DNA of 64,000 nucleotides from Desulfuromonadales bacterium (GTDB lineage Bacteria; Desulfobacterota; Desulfuromonadia; Desulfuromonadales; JAGXHI01): NCBI GenBank assembly GCA_024636295.1, contig JAGXHI010000049.1, positions 2,573 to 66,572 of the forward strand, read 5' to 3'. Shown piece by piece: positions 55,706 to 64,000 of this stretch (position 1 is its first letter; each line of letters starts with the position of its first letter). The notes under the pieces were generated by a model. It saw only the letters and a program-made list of their open reading frames with translations, ran no database searches and was not told where the DNA came from. The position numbers and the translations under genes were made by a program.

Positions 55706-55761
55706 CCGTCGCTGCACAGGTTGCTTACGCCTGCCATTTTGATGGACGGTGTTGTCATCCC

Positions 55762-56235
55762 TTAACCCGGCAGCATGGAGCCGGTTTCAACAAACCGATT
55801 GTGCCAGGACAGGGCTTCGTCCAACAGCGTCGGCGTCTGCAGGCCGTAGCTGCCCTTCAGCGCCCGGGCGTAATAATCCTCCAGACGCGGCTTGTAGGTG
55901 GGATGCGCGCAGTTCTCCATGATGATTTTGGCGCGCTGGTGCATGTCCAGATATTCCATCTGGCCCTTGTTGATTTTCTCGCGGGCGATGGGGTCGCTGT
56001 TGTACGGCAGGCGGAATTCAATACCATCGGCCTTGGCCAGCGCTCCGTCCAGTTCGGGGCCGGTCGATGCGCCGGTCCACACGCTGATCCGAAAGGGATT
56101 GCCGGCTGCGCGTTCGGCCTTGATCCTGGCGGCAAGCGCCACCGGAACCTGCTTGGGGTAGCCCGAACCGGTAAAGCCGCTCATACCGACAGTGCTGCCT
56201 GACGGGATCAGCGCCGCCGCATCCTCGGCGGACAT
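55762..56235 (-). pseudogene. acetyl-CoA hydrolase/succinyl-CoA:acetate CoA-transferase family remnant (in-frame internal deletion)
   Basis: In this 157-aa ORF, residues 1-99 match the family N-terminus (GMSGFTGSGYPKQVP...WTGASTGPELDG...EYLDMH). Residues 100-157 match the extreme C-terminus (QRAKIIMENCAHPTYKPRLEDYYARALK...LLDEALSWHNRFVETGSMLP). Family members are about 500 aa, so the catalytic core is missing. The junction is at about 55938/55939. Confidence 0.6.
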
Positions 56236-56603
56236 GACCTTCCCCGTAGAGCCTCATTCCTGATTCTCAATTGTCCGCTCATGCTCTCCTCCGCAACTCG
56301 TCCATACAAAATGACAGGAATTTACCTTTGATTGGCTGACGCTGACGGCGCCCATATCGACCCTCCCGCCGATATCCAGTCCAAAATTGACCGTTTCTCA
56401 CTTTTACTTCATGCCTCAGAACCTGTCAACTTGGCAACGCGGCTGAGATCCCTCCAGACCACCTGAAAATCCCTTCAAACTCCCCCCTTCTCCCACACGA
56501 TATCTGCGAGACCTCATTGTCCACCCTGACTACCGACAGGCCTCCAAGTCCCTGCACGTAATTTATCGCCAGGAGAAATGGTCCCCCTCGTTTCCTGAAA
56601 ACG

Positions 56604-57317
56604 TCAATGGAAATGTAAATGCCCCGTTCCTAGCAGATATACCACCACCAAAGGTTTCCCAAAAGACACAGTGAAATGATCCCTGATTTCATGACCATGC
56701 TTGGGGAAAGCATCCGGATCAGCGGAGAGGACCCGTCTGATATTGTCCTTCATCACCCTGATGAGCCTTGTGTTGTGTATTGTCTGATGTGAAGCGCCTG
56801 AATCTACGTTTACATAAAATGAGACATTATGAGTACTGGTGCTATAGACCATCGAAATGACGAAATTATCCGTCCCGACTGCCCTGACGAATTCCCGTAT
56901 GCTGTCTTCCAGCATCGCGTCTTGATGATCCCACCAGAATGCGATCTCTATATCGCCATTTGTATCGGCCTCCTTTTTCAAGTCGGCGATCAGCTGATCC
57001 GGACTTATATGACTGCTTTCGAGAGTCGTCGTCATCTCGTGGCTGTATGATTTATATGGAAACCAGAAATTCATCCTATTCCAATGACGTCCACCACGAG
57101 CATACTTACCGAACGTATAGTATCCATCGCCATCTCTATCGATTCTCAGATTGTCCATACGTTGACTTTTATCAAAAGCGGAGCCAGGAGATACTGCTTT
57201 TTCAAAAACATTGTAAGCAAAATCTGACAATGAATCCGAAAAGCTAAGTGCTAATGAGTTAGCAGGTTGGATTATAGAAAAGCTTACAATTAAACATATA
57301 ATCAGCCATCTGTTCAT
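56604..57317 (-). CDS. secreted protein, function unknown
   Basis: The ATG at 57317 follows a GGGAG RBS. The signal peptide is MNRWLIICLIVSFSIIQPANSLA. It contains DRDGDG. I recognised no domain. It is the last gene of the lower-GC cluster. Confidence 0.5.
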   Translation of the reverse strand: MNRWLIICLIVSFSIIQPANSLALSFSDSLSDFAYNVFEKAVSPGSAFDKSQRMDNLRIDRDGDGYYTFGKYARGGRHWNRMNFWFPYKSYSHEMTTTLESSHISPDQLIADLKKEADTNGDIEIAFWWDHQDAMLEDSIREFVRAVGTDNFVISMVYSTSTHNVSFYVNVDSGASHQTIHNTRLIRVMKDNIRRVLSADPDAFPKHGHEIRDHFTVSFGKPLVVVYLLGTGHLHFH

Positions 57318-57352
57318 AGATTTTTCTCCCATCTGTTTTTTCTCCAGATACC

Positions 57353-58501
57353 TTAAACGATAGCCTCTGTCCCCGTTTCTTTTCCAAGCCGCTGAAGCGC
57401 CTGTGCCGCACTTATCCTGGCTTCCTGATGGTCCCCCATCAGATGGGCATTCAATACGTCAAGTGAATCGGGCGCCAAGGCCGTCAAAGCCTCAGTCGTT
57501 CGAGCACGGATTCTCCAGTTTTTGTCCTGCAGAAGCCGGTCAAGAACCGATATGCTCGTTTTATGCTGATTTTGTGTAATCCTCCTCAAAACAGCCAGGC
57601 GCAAATCATCCGAAACGCCATCGTTAAGCCACCTGTCCCAGGGCAATTCCGTCCGTCCGACCTCCAGTGCCGCCGCTCTGATGGAATTCTCCTTGTGCAG
57701 ATAAAGAGGTTCAAGCGTCCTTTCGTCACTTTCCGTGGCCGATAATCGCTTCAGCACGTTCAGGGCGTGTCCCAGCAACACGACATCCCCGCAGGTTTCC
57801 AGAATTTCCATCACGATATCTTTGGTCCTGTGGATTTGTTTTTTTACAGCTTGCGTGAGGACCCAGGCCGTCAGATCCGAAGGCAACTTTTTCCAGTTTT
57901 CAAGCAACACGATGAAGGAGGCAGAGCTTTTCCCGGCCAATATCCGCCGTACGTTCAAACGATAGGAACCGGTGAGTTCGCGGATCCAAACGTCGAGAGT
58001 GTCCGGAGTCACCTCTTCCATGGGCAGATCGTGATCAGACAGGATGGCCACTCGCAGCGCCACATCAGGCTCAAGCACTGCCATGCAGTCGCTCAGCAGG
58101 TTCGCCGCCAACCGCTGCCGGGTGGCGCTGTCTGCCTCCATTACCAGGCGGCTCAGCATGGCGGCCCTGCGGGAAGCGGGCATGGAAGAGATCGTATGCG
58201 CGCAAAGCAGCAGGATGGCATTGTCCTGCTGCGTAAAGAACTCCTTTTCAGCGACCGCGTATTTCCTTGCATCATCAATTCGGAGCAGAATACAGGTACA
58301 CCAGGCGCGCTCCTCCTTTCCCTCGGTCTGTTCATATCTTTCGTAAAGCAGGTCTGTAAGTGCCGGATTGGTTTTTTTGCCAAGCTTCCCGGCCTGCTCA
58401 ACGTGCTTGTAGACCTCCTGCAGGACGGTCAATTTTGCTGACAGACGTTCACCCCGCAGACAAACGGTCAAATCTTCCAGTGAGGATATCTCCGTTTTCA
58501 T
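57353..58501 (-). CDS. HEAT-repeat-like cytoplasmic protein, function unknown
   Basis: 382 aa, all-helical in appearance, with no signal peptide. The C-terminal LLQDKNWRIRARTTEALTAL...HQEARISAAQALQRLG resembles HEAT/PBS-lyase repeats. Confidence 0.5.
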   Translation of the reverse strand: MKTEISSLEDLTVCLRGERLSAKLTVLQEVYKHVEQAGKLGKKTNPALTDLLYERYEQTEGKEERAWCTCILLRIDDARKYAVAEKEFFTQQDNAILLLCAHTISSMPASRRAAMLSRLVMEADSATRQRLAANLLSDCMAVLEPDVALRVAILSDHDLPMEEVTPDTLDVWIRELTGSYRLNVRRILAGKSSASFIVLLENWKKLPSDLTAWVLTQAVKKQIHRTKDIVMEILETCGDVVLLGHALNVLKRLSATESDERTLEPLYLHKENSIRAAALEVGRTELPWDRWLNDGVSDDLRLAVLRRITQNQHKTSISVLDRLLQDKNWRIRARTTEALTALAPDSLDVLNAHLMGDHQEARISAAQALQRLGKETGTEAIV

Positions 58502-58510
58502 GTCTTATTC

Positions 58511-59725
58511 CTATCCGAATATCCAGTCTTCGACCATTGTAACGACGATATCGTCAGCGGATGTGCTTCCTACGTTGTTTCTGACTTCATACGTATAGGC
58601 ATCTCCCGCAGGAACCGTAAAAGCATCAGAGAAGTCACTGGGGTGACGTCTCTTTTCAGGCTGAACGGAAAAGATTTTCAACCAGGTGAGAGAGACGTAC
58701 CAGCCAATCGTGAAATCGATGGCCGGCCTGTGATCAAACTCGATTCCCAACCCGTCGGGAGCAGATTGGGGTGCCTCGGCCGGAAGCTTGGCTTCAATCT
58801 CGGCCCCCACCGTATGCACATCCGTCAATTTGTGCTTTTCCGTACCCCAATAAGCATTAATCCCGGAAATCCTGAGGAAGGTTGTGAAATTCAGGCCGAA
58901 GATCGGTCCCGTTCCAACCGTCGGCTTGATCCATTTTGCCAGTGTTTCCATCTTTGTTTCGATTTCAATGGCGGGAATCAATTCCGGCTGAACAACTTCA
59001 ACGCCTGTTTTTCCGAGCACCTCGGCGATGTCGATCAGGTTGAATGAGGCTTCCAGCGAGGTAGGAAAATCCAGTCCTCCGGTGAAAAAGGAGCTGGAGC
59101 TGACATGGTCCGAGATTCCGCTGTTGAAGGAACGGGGGGCGGGAAGGGTGACATCCGGCAGAAGTTTGATGATTTTAGAAAGCCCTGGTATCAGTTTGAG
59201 CAAAGCTTTGACGATCTTTACACCCACAACGGCAATATTTACCAGGGTCGTCAAGAGATCGAATTGAAAGACCGTGTTCACCCGGGCCAGATCGTGCCAG
59301 GCATATGTCCAATGTGAGCTGAATGGATGGCGCCAGTCGAACTCGAAGGTTTCCCTTTCAAACTGAAAAGCCAGATTCAGTGTAAGGCTGGCATCGGCTC
59401 CGACCAGCATTCCGGCGACAAACTGGTCGTTGGTAATATCCAGCAGCAGGGTGTCGTCGGTGACATTTCCCTCCACATCCATGGCGCCTGCCCAGTTGGG
59501 CCCGGCCAGACCGAAGCCGAGGCTCAATTGTGCATCGGTCGATACCCTTCCGTGAAGGATGGAAATCGTGACATCCTTATTGAGATCGAAAAAATTGAAG
59601 TCGAATCCTTTTGACCAATTTTTTGGAAAATGGAAATATTCATAGATTGGAATTGCGTTGTCATCGGCGATATTGGCGGTTTCGCCGGTCCCTATCCTGG
59701 TATTTTCGATGTGATAGCTTGCCAT
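58511..59725 (-). CDS. hypothetical protein (404 aa), no recognisable domain
   Basis: The ORF has 9-11 nt gaps to both neighbours and no signal peptide. It has beta-rich N- and C-terminal halves and a central hydrophobic/amphipathic stretch LLTTLVNIAVVGVKIVKALLKLIPGLSKIIKLL. Confidence 0.5.
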   Translation of the reverse strand: MASYHIENTRIGTGETANIADDNAIPIYEYFHFPKNWSKGFDFNFFDLNKDVTISILHGRVSTDAQLSLGFGLAGPNWAGAMDVEGNVTDDTLLLDITNDQFVAGMLVGADASLTLNLAFQFERETFEFDWRHPFSSHWTYAWHDLARVNTVFQFDLLTTLVNIAVVGVKIVKALLKLIPGLSKIIKLLPDVTLPAPRSFNSGISDHVSSSSFFTGGLDFPTSLEASFNLIDIAEVLGKTGVEVVQPELIPAIEIETKMETLAKWIKPTVGTGPIFGLNFTTFLRISGINAYWGTEKHKLTDVHTVGAEIEAKLPAEAPQSAPDGLGIEFDHRPAIDFTIGWYVSLTWLKIFSVQPEKRRHPSDFSDAFTVPAGDAYTYEVRNNVGSTSADDIVVTMVEDWIFG

Positions 59726-59736
59726 TCTTAATCCTC

Positions 59737-61086
59737 TCAGGCTGGAATTCCGATAACAACTGAAGTCGATTTGTCATCAAATTCACAAATCAGGACAATC
59801 CTGCCATCGTCAGAAACATGGTTCGTCGTTGTGGAGAACAGGATGTTCCTTACCGGAGAGCCGCCATCCGAAAGCGTATTGCCTCTGGAAAGAATCATCT
59901 TGTGCTCCGCCCCGTCGTACGCGAACAGCGCAGTATGCATGCCTCGGTCCGTATCCGAATACTCGGTGTAGTAAAAGATTCCGTCAGCGCCCATGCACCC
60001 GGGGGTAAATGAGGATATTTTGTATCCCTCGGACGTGAGTCCATCCGTCGTCTTGATCACTTCATCACCGGCAATGAGCGACTCGTTGTGCTGGTCGGCG
60101 ATCTTTGAGTAGACCGTGCCATCCGGGGCGACTCGCGGACCGTAATGGACCTTGGCCGTGTGAGTGGACGCGGAAATTTCCGGTCCGGCCGACAGCAGCA
60201 GATGATCGTTCGGATTTGAAAGATGCCCGTGCAGCAGGCTGTTGACTGTATTTTCCGACCCGTTCTGCTGAGCCGCCCCGACAAGCCCGGAGAGGGCATG
60301 TGAAATGGTGCCGGAAAAGATGCCATCGGCATTGTGGTCGACAATGCCGAAACCCGTTATATACTCATCGGTGCCGTTGACATAATCACCGGTGCTCATG
60401 ATCTTTGTCGATTTGGAAAGGGCGGCGCCAGGAATATGAAAAAGGCTGAATCGCGGGGTTGTGCCGGTGAGGTGATTCGTGGTAACCAGGAGGCTGTTTC
60501 CGCCCTGCAGGCTGACGTCGCCCATGATGCCGGTCGACTCGTACAGGTTCTGATGGAATTTGTCCCCGGCAACCAGGATCCGCTCAAATCCGCCTCTTGA
60601 ATGGTTGAGATAGAGTCCGCTGCCGTAATGAGTCGTGTTATTGTCGTTGTAGGCGGGCTTGATCACGGCGGCAATATTGCCGTCATTGTTGACATCATGA
60701 GCGACGAACTTCTTCACCTCCCGTCCATCCGTCAGGATGTCACCGGTAAGTAGAGATGCATGTTCCTGCTCAATGGTCGGTATTTGGTTGGTGCAATCGA
60801 CGTCAAGCTGAAACATTCCCTGCCTTCCATCCATATCAAAGCCATCGAAAGTAATGATTCCGCCGCTGCTGATATGGGCCGAACCGCCGAACTCGTATAG
60901 CGAAAGCGACCTAGAGCCTGTGCCGGCATTCTCACCTGCTGTCTTCAGTCGATAGAAATAGTACCCATTAGGAGTCGTTATTCCTCCTCCTGAACCTCCG
61001 CTGCCGGAGCCGCATCCTGAGAGAATCACCCCCCCCAGTGCCACACCGGAAACTTTAAGAAACTGTCTTCTGTCTATTTCTTTCAT
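59737..61086 (-). CDS. Tat-signal lipoprotein with FG-GAP/beta-propeller-like repeats, function unknown
   Basis: The ATG at 61086 follows an AGGAGG RBS. MKEIDRRQFLKVSGVALGGVILSGC combines a twin-arginine motif with a lipobox, followed by a Gly/Ser linker. DVNNDGNIA and DHNADGIFS are Asp/Asn-rich loops. Confidence 0.6.
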   Translation of the reverse strand: MKEIDRRQFLKVSGVALGGVILSGCGSGSGGSGGGITTPNGYYFYRLKTAGENAGTGSRSLSLYEFGGSAHISSGGIITFDGFDMDGRQGMFQLDVDCTNQIPTIEQEHASLLTGDILTDGREVKKFVAHDVNNDGNIAAVIKPAYNDNNTTHYGSGLYLNHSRGGFERILVAGDKFHQNLYESTGIMGDVSLQGGNSLLVTTNHLTGTTPRFSLFHIPGAALSKSTKIMSTGDYVNGTDEYITGFGIVDHNADGIFSGTISHALSGLVGAAQQNGSENTVNSLLHGHLSNPNDHLLLSAGPEISASTHTAKVHYGPRVAPDGTVYSKIADQHNESLIAGDEVIKTTDGLTSEGYKISSFTPGCMGADGIFYYTEYSDTDRGMHTALFAYDGAEHKMILSRGNTLSDGGSPVRNILFSTTTNHVSDDGRIVLICEFDDKSTSVVIGIPA

Positions 61087-61577
61087 CTTTCCTCCTTTTG
61101 CAGGTTTTCTATCCCGAAATCGAAAACGGCCGACCTCATGCAATAGTGTCGCAATTCCAAATTCAAGAGACAGCCCAAGTAAATTCAATGGTTCTACTGG
61201 TTGACTTTTTTAAACTCCGGCTCGAAAATGCAGTGCCGACATTGAGAAATCATGTTCTTTTGAAATCCTCCTTCAGCATTGCAAATTGGATTCCATTATT
61301 ATTCACTAACCGTTGCGGCAAAATAGCAGAAGACATTGAAGGCGAGATGGAGCTAGAATGCGCACGCTGCGCTACCCTGAGACAGAGCATGCTTTTTTTA
61401 ATTTGGCCAACCACTCCTGGAATGCCGAGCAAGGGGCCAAGATATTGACGTCAAATTCTCAACACTCCGAGAGATGGTTCAACCGTGTGTCTGGCCTTGG
61501 CAAATGAGTGAGGGTCGTTTGCGCGAAGGAGGAGAGGAAACTTTGCTTTCTGAAAAAGACGAATCTCCAGATTACTG

Positions 61578-61610
61578 TCCTAACAGAACCCTAACAAAAT
61601 CCTAGCAAAG
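61578..61610 (+). promoter_or_regulatory. three tandem 11-bp direct repeats (Pho-box-like) upstream of the Na/Pi cotransporter gene
   Basis: The repeats are TCCTAACAGAA / CCCTAACAAAA / TCCTAGCAAAG. The first overlaps CTGTCCT (compare the Pho box half-site CTGTCAT). A GATAAT -10-like hexamer lies at 61615-61620, and the gene starts at 61704. Confidence 0.35.
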
Positions 61611-61703
61611 GGCTGATAATCGGAGTTTAGGCTTCTTCGATTTCATCCCGCTATCAATCGGCTGAAATAGTGACATAAAAAAATCCTGTTATCGAGGTCC
61701 CGA

Positions 61704-63389
61704 ATGATTGAACCGTTCAAAATGGGCTATACCGTCGTCGGCGGACTCGGAGTTTTTATCCTCGGGATGAAGTACCTCTCCGACAGTCTGCAGATGCTTT
61801 CCGGAGGCCTGATCCGAAAAGCGATCTCTTCCCTGACCACGAACCGCATCCTGGCTGTGCTGGTCGGGCTGACGGTCACCGCTTTCGTACAGTCCTCATC
61901 GATCACCACGGTCATGGTGGTCGGCCTGACCAACGCCGGCCTGATGCAGCTGAGCCAGGCGATCGGCGTCATCCTCGGGGCCAATATCGGCACCACCATC
62001 ACCGGCTGGATCCTGGCGATCCAGGTCGGAAAGTACGGTCTGCTGCTGATCGCCCTCGGCATTTTTCCGATGCTCTTTTCGAAAAATGAACGCAGATCGG
62101 CGACATCCAAGGTTCTTGTCGCCCTGGGTCTGATCTTCTTCGGCCTGGAAATCATGAGCGGCGCGTTCAAGCCGCTGCGCAGCGACGAAGGCTTCATGAA
62201 CCTGATGCTGATCCTCGATGCCCAGACGCTTCCAAGTCTCCTCGGCTGCGTCCTCATCGGCTGCCTGATGACCATGGTCGTCCAGAGCAGTTCGGCGATG
62301 CTCGGCATCACCATCGCTCTGGCCGCAACCGGCGCCATCCCTCTTCAGACGGCCATCGCCCTGGTCATGGGGGAGAATATCGGCACGACCATCACGGCCC
62401 AGTTCGCCGCGATCGGCAGCACCGTGAACGCCCGGCGCTCGGCGATGGCCCATAGCATGTTCAATATCCTGGGCGTGCTGATTCTCATCATGATCTTCCC
62501 ACCCTTCGTCAGGCTGGTCGAAACGATTGTTCCCGGAGCCGCGAATTTCGTGAACAGCGAAGGAAGTCGTCCCTATATTGCCGCACACATCGCCCTGGCC
62601 CACAGCATGTTCAATGTGACCGCCACCTTGCTCATGCTGCCTTTTCTCGGACAACTGGAGAAAATCGTGGTCCGGATTGTGCCGGACACCGGAGCCGGCA
62701 AAAAGGGTCCGTTCAAGTACATCGGCCCCCCGGGCAGCATGCCGGTGGCCATGGGCGTCTCCATGGTCTTCGAGGAACTCAAACGGATGCAGGAACGCGT
62801 TCACAAGGCCCTGCGCCATGTTGGAAGTCTGCTGCACCGCGATCTGAAAGGACGCGACCGTTTCCTGCAGAAGGTGAAGGAGATCGAAGAGCAGACGGAC
62901 ATCATGCAGCACGAGATCACGACTTTTACCGTCGCCCTGATGCAGGCCGGAGAATCGAGCAATGAACATTCGGACCGGGCTTATGCCTATGTGCGGGCCG
63001 CCGACGAACTGGAGTCGATTGCCGATTATGCCGCCGCAGTCTGCTCGCACATGAGACGACTCGACAAGCAGGATCAGGAATTCAGCGAAGACGCCTGGCG
63101 AGATCTGATCCGCTTCCACCAGGAGGTCTTCGATTTTTTTGTCCTGGTCTCCAGGGCTTTCAGCGATGAAGAAGCCGGCAGCAACCGTGAGATCGATACT
63201 GCGGCCAGGCGGCTCAACGATCTGGCCGAGACCATTCGCAATACACATCTTGACCGGATGAAGTCAGGCTCCTGCGGCGCTCTGCCGGCCCTGACGTTCA
63301 GCGACATGGCTGTCGCCCTGCATCGGATCAAGAATCACACCGTAAACCTGCATGAGGCGCTGTACGAGGGCGCCACATCCGTTTCCTGA
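61704..63389 (+). CDS. Na/Pi cotransporter family protein with C-terminal PhoU-like domain
   Basis: 561 aa. The N-terminal half is duplicated Na/Pi-cotransporter repeats (..QSSSITTVMVVGL.., ..VQSSSAMLGITIAL..). The C-terminal half is a helical PhoU-like region. Confidence 0.9.
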   Translation: MIEPFKMGYTVVGGLGVFILGMKYLSDSLQMLSGGLIRKAISSLTTNRILAVLVGLTVTAFVQSSSITTVMVVGLTNAGLMQLSQAIGVILGANIGTTITGWILAIQVGKYGLLLIALGIFPMLFSKNERRSATSKVLVALGLIFFGLEIMSGAFKPLRSDEGFMNLMLILDAQTLPSLLGCVLIGCLMTMVVQSSSAMLGITIALAATGAIPLQTAIALVMGENIGTTITAQFAAIGSTVNARRSAMAHSMFNILGVLILIMIFPPFVRLVETIVPGAANFVNSEGSRPYIAAHIALAHSMFNVTATLLMLPFLGQLEKIVVRIVPDTGAGKKGPFKYIGPPGSMPVAMGVSMVFEELKRMQERVHKALRHVGSLLHRDLKGRDRFLQKVKEIEEQTDIMQHEITTFTVALMQAGESSNEHSDRAYAYVRAADELESIADYAAAVCSHMRRLDKQDQEFSEDAWRDLIRFHQEVFDFFVLVSRAFSDEEAGSNREIDTAARRLNDLAETIRNTHLDRMKSGSCGALPALTFSDMAVALHRIKNHTVNLHEALYEGATSVS

Positions 63390-63446
63390 TTTTTCTCTTT
63401 TTTCCAAGAGAGATGCCATAGGCAATCCCGACGAATTCTGCGCAGG

Positions 63447-63488
63447 GAGAAAGGGCCTCATGATCCGAGGATCATGAGGCCCTTTCTC
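63447..63488. repeat. perfect 19-bp inverted repeat (hairpin, 4-nt loop) downstream of the Na/Pi gene
   Basis: The sequence is GAGAAAGGGCCTCATGATC-CGAG-GATCATGAGGCCCTTTCTC. No adjacent T tract, so it may be a terminator, an RNA-stability element or a protein-binding palindrome. Confidence 0.5.
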
Positions 63489-63582
63489 TTCATATCCGTA
63501 AAAATATGCGTCTATCTCTCGACGGCTTTCGACCGGGCCGGGGACGGAACGGCCAATTCCCAGTCGCAATAACTGAAAAAGA

Positions 63583-63626
63583 CAGGCTCCTCTCGCGGCA
63601 TGGTGAGAAGAGCCTGCCTTTTTTTT
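63583..63626. terminator. rho-independent terminator, probably bidirectional
   Basis: CAGGCTCCTCTC-N10-GAGAAGAGCCTG (12-bp stem with one mismatch) is followed by CC and TTTTTTTT on the plus strand, and by TCTTTTTC on the minus strand. It lies between two convergent genes. Confidence 0.6.
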
Positions 63627-63642
63627 GAGCTCTTTTGAATGA

Positions 63643-64000
63643 TTACCAGTACAGCTTCAACCCGCCTGAAATCGAATGCGCCATCTTCTCGCCATTGATC
63701 TCGGCCGCATAGTTCAGGCTGGCTTGAAACAGCTCTCCGGCGACCTTGATCCCGCCGCCCAACTCAAAGCTGTCCCGATCCATTTCAATCCCCTCAACCT
63801 GAAACGATCCGGCCCCCGGGGCTCCGACAAAACGGGCAGTCATGACATCGTTCTCGTCACCCATTTCGTGGAGCCATTTTGCGGAAATCTCAGGAATGAA
63901 GCGTGCCGTGCCGCCGATAGCGACCGGACGATTCACACGCAATCCCGGAAAGATCTTCCAGGAGTAGGTTGAGCGGTCCTCGACCTGAAGACTCAGGTCC
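63643..64000 (-). CDS. autotransporter-type outer-membrane beta-barrel domain, C-terminal part (gene continues beyond the window end)
   Basis: The frame is open from 64000 (my translation: ..DLSLQVEDRSTYSWKIFPGLRVNRPVAIGG..). It ends ..MAHSISGGLKLYW with the aromatic terminal residue typical of autotransporter beta domains. Confidence 0.6.
   Translation of the reverse strand, partial: DLSLQVEDRSTYSWKIFPGLRVNRPVAIGGTARFIPEISAKWLHEMGDENDVMTARFVGAPGAGSFQVEGIEMDRDSFELGGGIKVAGELFQASLNYAAEINGEKMAHSISGGLKLYW

Noticed and set aside
1-64000. A search for CRISPR arrays, tRNA/rRNA genes, transposases, integrases, toxin-antitoxin pairs and known phage-defence genes.
   Set aside because: I saw no repeat-spacer periodicity, no tRNA-like T-arm/acceptor patterns, and no ORF with recombinase, transposase or defence-family signatures. 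The two compositional islands lack mobility genes.

Overview
This is a 64 kb stretch of high-GC chromosome, about 60% GC judged by eye. By inference it comes from an anaerobic Deltaproteobacteria/Desulfobacterota-type organism. I found no rRNA, tRNA, CRISPR array, transposase or integrase. About 55 CDS are supported.

Ordinary metabolism dominates:
- The ackA-pta pair.
- A 3-subunit 2-oxoacid:ferredoxin oxidoreductase followed by a GltD-like NADPH oxidoreductase, plsY and mltG.
- A GntR regulator and a usp/GlcD/GlcF-type hydroxyacid oxidase.
- A TRAP transporter.
- A sigma-54-controlled ketone-body/short-chain-acid operon (thiolase, AtoE, fused CoA-transferase, 3-hydroxybutyrate dehydrogenase, enhancer-binding protein).
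- A LutC plus LutB-LutA fusion lactate module.
- FadE, GlgC, two MFS transporters and a Na/Pi cotransporter.

The less ordinary parts are:
1. A minus-strand operon at 46.6-50.9 kb. Its first gene is a MerB-family protein interrupted by an in-frame UGA exactly at the MerB Cys-Cys dyad, with a SECIS-like hairpin 11 nt downstream, so it is a candidate selenoprotein. It is followed by an HdrD/GlpC-like Fe-S/CCG domain fused to TVP38/DedA-type membrane domains, then a Tat-exported YdjY-like protein.
2. A lower-GC, tightly packed four-gene cluster of unknown function at 56.6-61.1 kb. It sits next to an internally deleted CoA-transferase remnant and long non-coding flanks.
3. An orphan glycyl-radical enzyme plus activase under a textbook LysR-type divergent promoter.
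4. An ECF sigma/anti-sigma module with two back-to-back identical ECF-type promoters.
5. A single very AT-rich fused MFS/spermidine-synthase gene.
6. A module of an outer-membrane barrel, an FMN-binding protein with a flavinylation motif, and a His-rich membrane protein.

Every functional call is based on motif recognition from the translations. No database search was run.
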